DNA of 64,000 nucleotides, taken from NCBI GenBank assembly GCA_963664435.2, contig CAXXKM010000001.1, positions 1,184,001 to 1,248,000 of the forward strand. Reading direction: 5' to 3'. The notes beneath the pieces are model-generated. The model was not told where the DNA came from. It made no database searches and saw nothing but the letters and a program-made list of their open reading frames with translations. Within the stretch, counting starts at the first letter, position 1, and every line of letters begins with the position of its first letter. The position numbers were made by a program, and so were the translations under genes. Source of the stretch: Longimicrobiales bacterium (GTDB lineage Bacteria; Gemmatimonadota; Gemmatimonadetes; Longimicrobiales; Gaopeijiaceae). Below, in pieces: positions 59,715-64,000 of the stretch.

Positions 59715-61582
59715 TGCGCGCACCGCGGATGGCGACGCCGCGGAGGCGGGAATGCGCACTGGGAACGGGGTTTGCCGGACAGGCGCTGCCGCCCATCGTT
59801 CCGGCGGTGCCCCGGCGGAGGCGGGGGTTCCGGTTGAGCGCGGGAGCTGTCGCGCTTCTGCTCTGGGCCGCGCCGCCTGCGGACTCGCCGGTGGCGGACG
59901 CGGCGATGCGGGGAGACGCGGAGGCGGTCGTTGCCCTGATCGGCCAGGGCGCGGACGTGAACGTCCCCCAGGGCGACGGCATGACCGCGCTGCACTGGGC
60001 CGCCGAACGGGCGGACGCCGCACTTGTCCGGACGCTGCTGGACGCGGGGGCTGACGTGACCGCCGTCACGCGCATCGGCGACTACTCTCCCCTGCACCTC
60101 GCGGGGAAGGCGGGGAGCGGCGACGCCGTGGAGGCGCTGCTGGAGGCGGGGAGTGACCCGCATGCGGTGACCGCGACCGGCGCGGTGACGGCCATGCATT
60201 TCGCCGCCGGAGCCGGGAGCGCCGACGCCATCGCTTCCCTGGCCCGCCACGGCGCGGCAGTCGACGCCCGCGAAGCGGACCGGGGACAGACGCCGCTCAT
60301 GTTCGCCGCGGCCAACGACCGGATGGACGCGTTGCAGGCCCTGCTGGCGCTGGGCGCCGACCTGACCCTCCGCACCCGGGTGGTGGACATCGTGGACCTC
60401 GCCGCCGTCGACCGCGAGGCGGGAGAGGCGCGGGACGCCGTACTGCAAGAGTTCCGGGCGCAGGCGGAGGACCCGCGCTCCTGGCGGCCCACGCCGGAGC
60501 AGGTGCAGGCCGCAGTGCGGGCGGGCCACGAGGTGCAGGCTTCGCGCACCCGGGCCCTGGCCGACCAGGAAGAGCCGGAGGCAGCCCCGGACGCCTTCCC
60601 GGGATACACGGGCCTGGTGGGCCGCCAGGGCGGGATGACCGCGCTCCTGCACGCGGTGCGCGAAGGACACGCCGAAACCGCGCTGGCACTCCTCGACGCC
60701 GGCGCGGACATCAACGGCGTGAGCGGCGGCGACCATACCGGTCCGCTGCTCATGGCGACCATCAACGGTCACTTCGACCTGGCCATGACCCTGCTCGGCC
60801 GCGGGGCCGATCCGCGCACCGCCAGCGACGCCGGCGCGACGCCCCTCTACGCCACCATCAACGCCTACTGGGTGCCGAAGTCGCGCTATCCCCAGCAGCA
60901 GGCCTACCAGCAGCAGCATACCACCTACCTGGAGCTGATGGAGGCCCTCCTCGAAGCCGGCGCCGACCCCAATGCACGCCTGACCCGCCACCTGTGGTAC
61001 ATGTCCTATACCTTCGACCTTCTGCGGGTGGACACCCAGGGCGCCACGCCCTTCTGGCGGGCCGCCTACGGGACCGACGTGGAGGCGATGAAGCTGCTTG
61101 TGGCGAACGGCGCCGATCCGTCCATTCCGACCATGAAGCCGCCCGAGCGACGCAGGGGCGGCGCGGACGCGGAGGATCCTTCCGGGTTACCGCCGGTGCC
61201 GGTCGGAGGACCCGGAGTGTACCCGATTCACGCGGCCTCGGGTGTTGGCTACGGAGAGGGCTACGCGGGCAACTCGCACCGCCACGCCCCCAACGGCTGG
61301 CTGCCCTCCGTCCGGTACCTGGTGGAGGAACTCGGAGTCGACGTGAACGCCCGCGACCACAACGGCTACAACGCCCTGCATCACGCCGCCGCGAGAGGGG
61401 ACGTGGAGCTGATCCGCTACCTGGCCGAGCGGGGAGCCGACGTGACGGCGGTCAGTCGCCGGGGACAGACCACCGCGGACATGGCGAACGGACCGGTGCA
61501 GCGCATCCAGCCCTTCCCCGAGGCGCTGGCCCTGCTGGAAAGCCTGGGTGCGCACAACAACGACAACTGCCTGTCGTGTTGA
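59714..61582 (+). CDS. Cassette 5 gene C: ankyrin-repeat protein (start uncertain)
   Basis: TAATG overlap with gene B; PPADSPVADAAMRGD; ankyrin repeats; ends NNDNCLSC*. Confidence 0.88.
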   Translation: MRAPRMATPRRRECALGTGFAGQALPPIVPAVPRRRRGFRLSAGAVALLLWAAPPADSPVADAAMRGDAEAVVALIGQGADVNVPQGDGMTALHWAAERADAALVRTLLDAGADVTAVTRIGDYSPLHLAGKAGSGDAVEALLEAGSDPHAVTATGAVTAMHFAAGAGSADAIASLARHGAAVDAREADRGQTPLMFAAANDRMDALQALLALGADLTLRTRVVDIVDLAAVDREAGEARDAVLQEFRAQAEDPRSWRPTPEQVQAAVRAGHEVQASRTRALADQEEPEAAPDAFPGYTGLVGRQGGMTALLHAVREGHAETALALLDAGADINGVSGGDHTGPLLMATINGHFDLAMTLLGRGADPRTASDAGATPLYATINAYWVPKSRYPQQQAYQQQHTTYLELMEALLEAGADPNARLTRHLWYMSYTFDLLRVDTQGATPFWRAAYGTDVEAMKLLVANGADPSIPTMKPPERRRGGADAEDPSGLPPVPVGGPGVYPIHAASGVGYGEGYAGNSHRHAPNGWLPSVRYLVEELGVDVNARDHNGYNALHHAAARGDVELIRYLAERGADVTAVSRRGQTTADMANGPVQRIQPFPEALALLESLGAHNNDNCLSC

Positions 61583-61650
61583 AGGGGTCGCTGTCCTGAG
61601 AAGGCGGCGATGTCCTTCTGAAGGCGTCGCTGTCCTGCTGAGAAGGCGTC
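61580..61650. repeat. Degenerate ~20-nt tandem repeat, about 3.5 units
   Basis: Units TGAAGGGGTCGCTGTCC / TGAGAAGGCGGCGATGTCCTTC / TGAAGGCGTCGCTGTCCTGC / TGAGAAGGCGTC. Confidence 0.6.
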
Positions 61651-61678
61651 CGACGGTCGCCGCGGCGACCGGTCCTGG

Positions 61679-63118
61679 CTATCCGCCGGGCACCAGCAGG
61701 CGGATGACGCCGTCCCGCTTGTTGAGCAACAGCACCTGATCGTCGGGTCCCGACCCGAAGCGCAGGTCTGCCCGGGTCGCGGCTTCGCGGCCCTGTGAGG
61801 CGTTCGTCTCCCGAATCACCTGAAGCAGCGTCTTCGCCTGACCGTCGTCGTTGAGCAGGACTCTCCGGATCGCCTCCTGACCCCCGTCCGGCAGCTCGTC
61901 GGCGCTGATGTAGAAGATCTCGCCGCTCGGGTTGTCGCCGAACAGGACGAGATCGGCGAGCTGAGGGATCGCCCCGGAGCGGTAGACGTGGACGCCGGTT
62001 GCGGCCGACTGCCGCTGCAGCAACGGATCCAGCTGGCCATACTCCGCGACCGGATACCGGAACGCCGGGTCGCCGCGCCGATTCTCGAGACGGACCTCGG
62101 AGCGGCTCACGAACCTGAAGCTGCCCTCCCAGGAGTTCCAGCCCAGGTTGTCGCCCGCTTCCACCACGCTCAGCTCCTCCACGATGTTCTGGCCGATGTC
62201 GGCCATGAACATCCGGCCGGTCTCGGGATCCCAGGCGAAGCGCTGGGGATTGCGGGCGCCGTACGCGTAGATCTCGCCCAGCGCCTCGTCGGATCCGTCG
62301 CCGGCGAAGGGGTTGTCGGCGGGGATCCCGTACTGGCCGTTGGCGCTGTTCGACCCCAGTGGATCGATCCGGAGGATCTTTCCGAACGCCGAGCCGAGAT
62401 CCTGCGAGAGGTTCAACGGGTCGCCGCCGCTCCCCCCGTCCGCCGAACCCACGTAGAGCATCCCGAAGTCGGTGTCACCGGGTGAAGCGGTCGGGTTGAA
62501 GGCCAACTGCCCGCCGTTGTGGTTGCCGAAGGGCTGCTGCTGCCGAAGGAGTTCGCGGGGCGCACCGCCGTCGAAGGTGGCCGCCCCGGGGTCGCGCGCG
62601 ATCCATCCGTGCAGGACCGTGTCGTGGGCGTCGTTGCCGCCTGCCGGGGTGAAGTCGGGTGGCGGATCCGTATTGTCGGTATCGGTCCAGGTGTAGAACC
62701 GGCCGAATCCCGGGCTTCCCGGCTCTCCGAACTGCGGATGGAAGGCGAAGCTCTGGAATCCCCTCTCGCTGCCGCGCGAGTGGACGCCGATCCCCCACCG
62801 CGGATCGTTGATGTCCAGGTATTCCCTCACCGCCCGGCCGCTGTAGCTGACGGTGTAGAGCGGGCCCCGCATGTCGTTCACGAACATGCGGCCCGTGCCC
62901 GGCTCATCGACGAGGAGCATCATCCTGGCGGGCGCCCCGTCGACATCGGGCAGCCGCGCGAACTCGACGAAGTCCACCACGATCACACCGTCGGATGCCT
63001 CGATGGGGCGCGGGAATGGGTCGTTGGTACCCTGGGCTGCCGCCGGGGCGGGCGCGAGCGCTGCTGCGACGGGCGCGGCAACGAGCGCCGCCGCGACCAC
63101 CCTGCCGAGCAGGCTCAT
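61679..63118 (-). CDS. Secreted PQQ-dependent sugar dehydrogenase (GSDH) family beta-propeller
   Basis: Signal peptide; ERGFQSFAFHPQF; NHNGGQLAF; DGGSGGDP; GKILRIDP; IPADNPF; EIYAYGARNP. Start may be 63160. Confidence 0.82.
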   Translation of the reverse strand: MSLLGRVVAAALVAAPVAAALAPAPAAAQGTNDPFPRPIEASDGVIVVDFVEFARLPDVDGAPARMMLLVDEPGTGRMFVNDMRGPLYTVSYSGRAVREYLDINDPRWGIGVHSRGSERGFQSFAFHPQFGEPGSPGFGRFYTWTDTDNTDPPPDFTPAGGNDAHDTVLHGWIARDPGAATFDGGAPRELLRQQQPFGNHNGGQLAFNPTASPGDTDFGMLYVGSADGGSGGDPLNLSQDLGSAFGKILRIDPLGSNSANGQYGIPADNPFAGDGSDEALGEIYAYGARNPQRFAWDPETGRMFMADIGQNIVEELSVVEAGDNLGWNSWEGSFRFVSRSEVRLENRRGDPAFRYPVAEYGQLDPLLQRQSAATGVHVYRSGAIPQLADLVLFGDNPSGEIFYISADELPDGGQEAIRRVLLNDDGQAKTLLQVIRETNASQGREAATRADLRFGSGPDDQVLLLNKRDGVIRLLVPGG

Positions 63119-63179
63119 GCCCCTGTTATTGCGATCCTTCGGGACAGCCCCTCGATCCACAATGATGCCGCTGACGACG

Positions 63180-63560
63180 TCAGGCCCCGCCCCTCTCCTC
63201 GAGGATGCGCTCGAACTCTTCGCGGCGGGCCTGGTCGAGGCTGACCTCGAGGGTGAAGAGCTGGTATTCCTCCTGGGACATCCCGTGGGTCTCGTAGATC
63301 TCGGCGAGCCGCTGGTCCATCTCGGAGCGCAGTTCCTCCTTGCCGGGATCGTCGTGGACTACGGCGATCGCCTGGTTGAACTCCTCGCGGGCGTCAACAA
63401 CCTCGATGTGGACCTGAACGAAGAGCATGAACCGCTCGTCGCTCGTGCCTGCCGCCGGTGCCTCCTCCTGCTGGCCGTGGAGGGCCGCGGGTCCGATGGT
63501 GAACAGAGAGGCAAGCGCCAGCAGACCGCCCGGAACCGTGAGTCTAGGGGCCTTTCTCAT
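63180..63560 (-). CDS. Small secreted helical hypothetical protein (DUF4168-like, tentative)
   Basis: RBS AGGAG; signal peptide; HGMSQEEY motif. Confidence 0.6.
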   Translation of the reverse strand: MRKAPRLTVPGGLLALASLFTIGPAALHGQQEEAPAAGTSDERFMLFVQVHIEVVDAREEFNQAIAVVHDDPGKEELRSEMDQRLAEIYETHGMSQEEYQLFTLEVSLDQARREEFERILEERGGA

Positions 63561-63796
63561 CGCAGATACGCTCCTTCCAGCTACGCCTTGTCCAGGCACG
63601 GATACATGTCGACCAGGGTACGACGGCCAAGGCTCGGGACGCCCTGCCGACGCGACCAACGTTCTATATTATCTCCTTCGGACTCGTCCGGAAACAAGCC
63701 CCGGTTGCGTGGACTGCGGCGGATGATGATCTTGGGCCGGACCGTTCCTTGCAGGAACGGCTGCATTGGCGATGGCGCGGTTATGGGAGTGAGGCG

Positions 63797-64000
63797 ATGC
63801 CCGTCTACGAATACGTATGCAACGATTGCGCACGGCAGTTCGAGGTGTTGCTGTTGAGGAAGGAGACGGCGGCCTGTCCTTCATGCGAAGGCGTCGACCT
63901 GAAGCGGATGCTCTCCGCACCCAGGGTCAAATCCTCAACGACGCGGGAGCTGGCGATGCGCGCCGCGAAGAAGCGTGACCGGGCCCAGGCGTGGGAACGG
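63797..64000 (+). CDS. FmdB-family zinc-ribbon protein, truncated by the window edge
   Basis: Not in the ORF track; MPVYEYVCNDC...FE...CPSCEG..LKRMLS. Confidence 0.85.
   Translation, partial: MPVYEYVCNDCARQFEVLLLRKETAACPSCEGVDLKRMLSAPRVKSSTTRELAMRAAKKRDRAQAWER

Overview
High-GC bacterial DNA. The gene style (SusC/SusD-like pairs without CAZymes, barrel-less TonB-plug proteins, BNR/VPS10 protein, DUF1552/DUF1592 pairs) suggests Gemmatimonadota, but that is inference only. The dominant structure is five paralogous copies of one three-gene cassette, all on the + strand, covering about 45% of the window. Gene A is a secreted di-haem protein of the DUF1587/1595/1592/1588/1585 (PSD, planctomycete cytochrome) type. 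Gene B is a Tat-exported DUF1552 (HXXSHH) protein. Gene C is a secreted ankyrin-repeat protein ending in an invariant NNxNCxxC-stop motif. The copies have diverged mainly in discrete variable loops, and copy 2 of gene A carries a 1-nt frameshift. Interspersed genes are two SusC/SusD-like pairs, an S9 peptidase, a LeuA-like DRE-TIM enzyme, a Tat PLP enzyme, an ABC-F, a decayed BNR/VPS10 pseudogene, two stand-alone TonB-plug proteins, cytochrome c', a TlpA-like thioredoxin behind a structured leader, a TonB receptor plus lipoprotein, an orphan lipoprotein MsrP, a duplicated putative outer-membrane protein, a PQQ/GSDH-family protein and a partial FmdB zinc-ribbon gene. No rRNA, tRNA, CRISPR array or mobile element was recognised. 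All family calls come from motif recognition by eye; no database search was run. Many starts were moved from the ORF track to RBS-supported codons.
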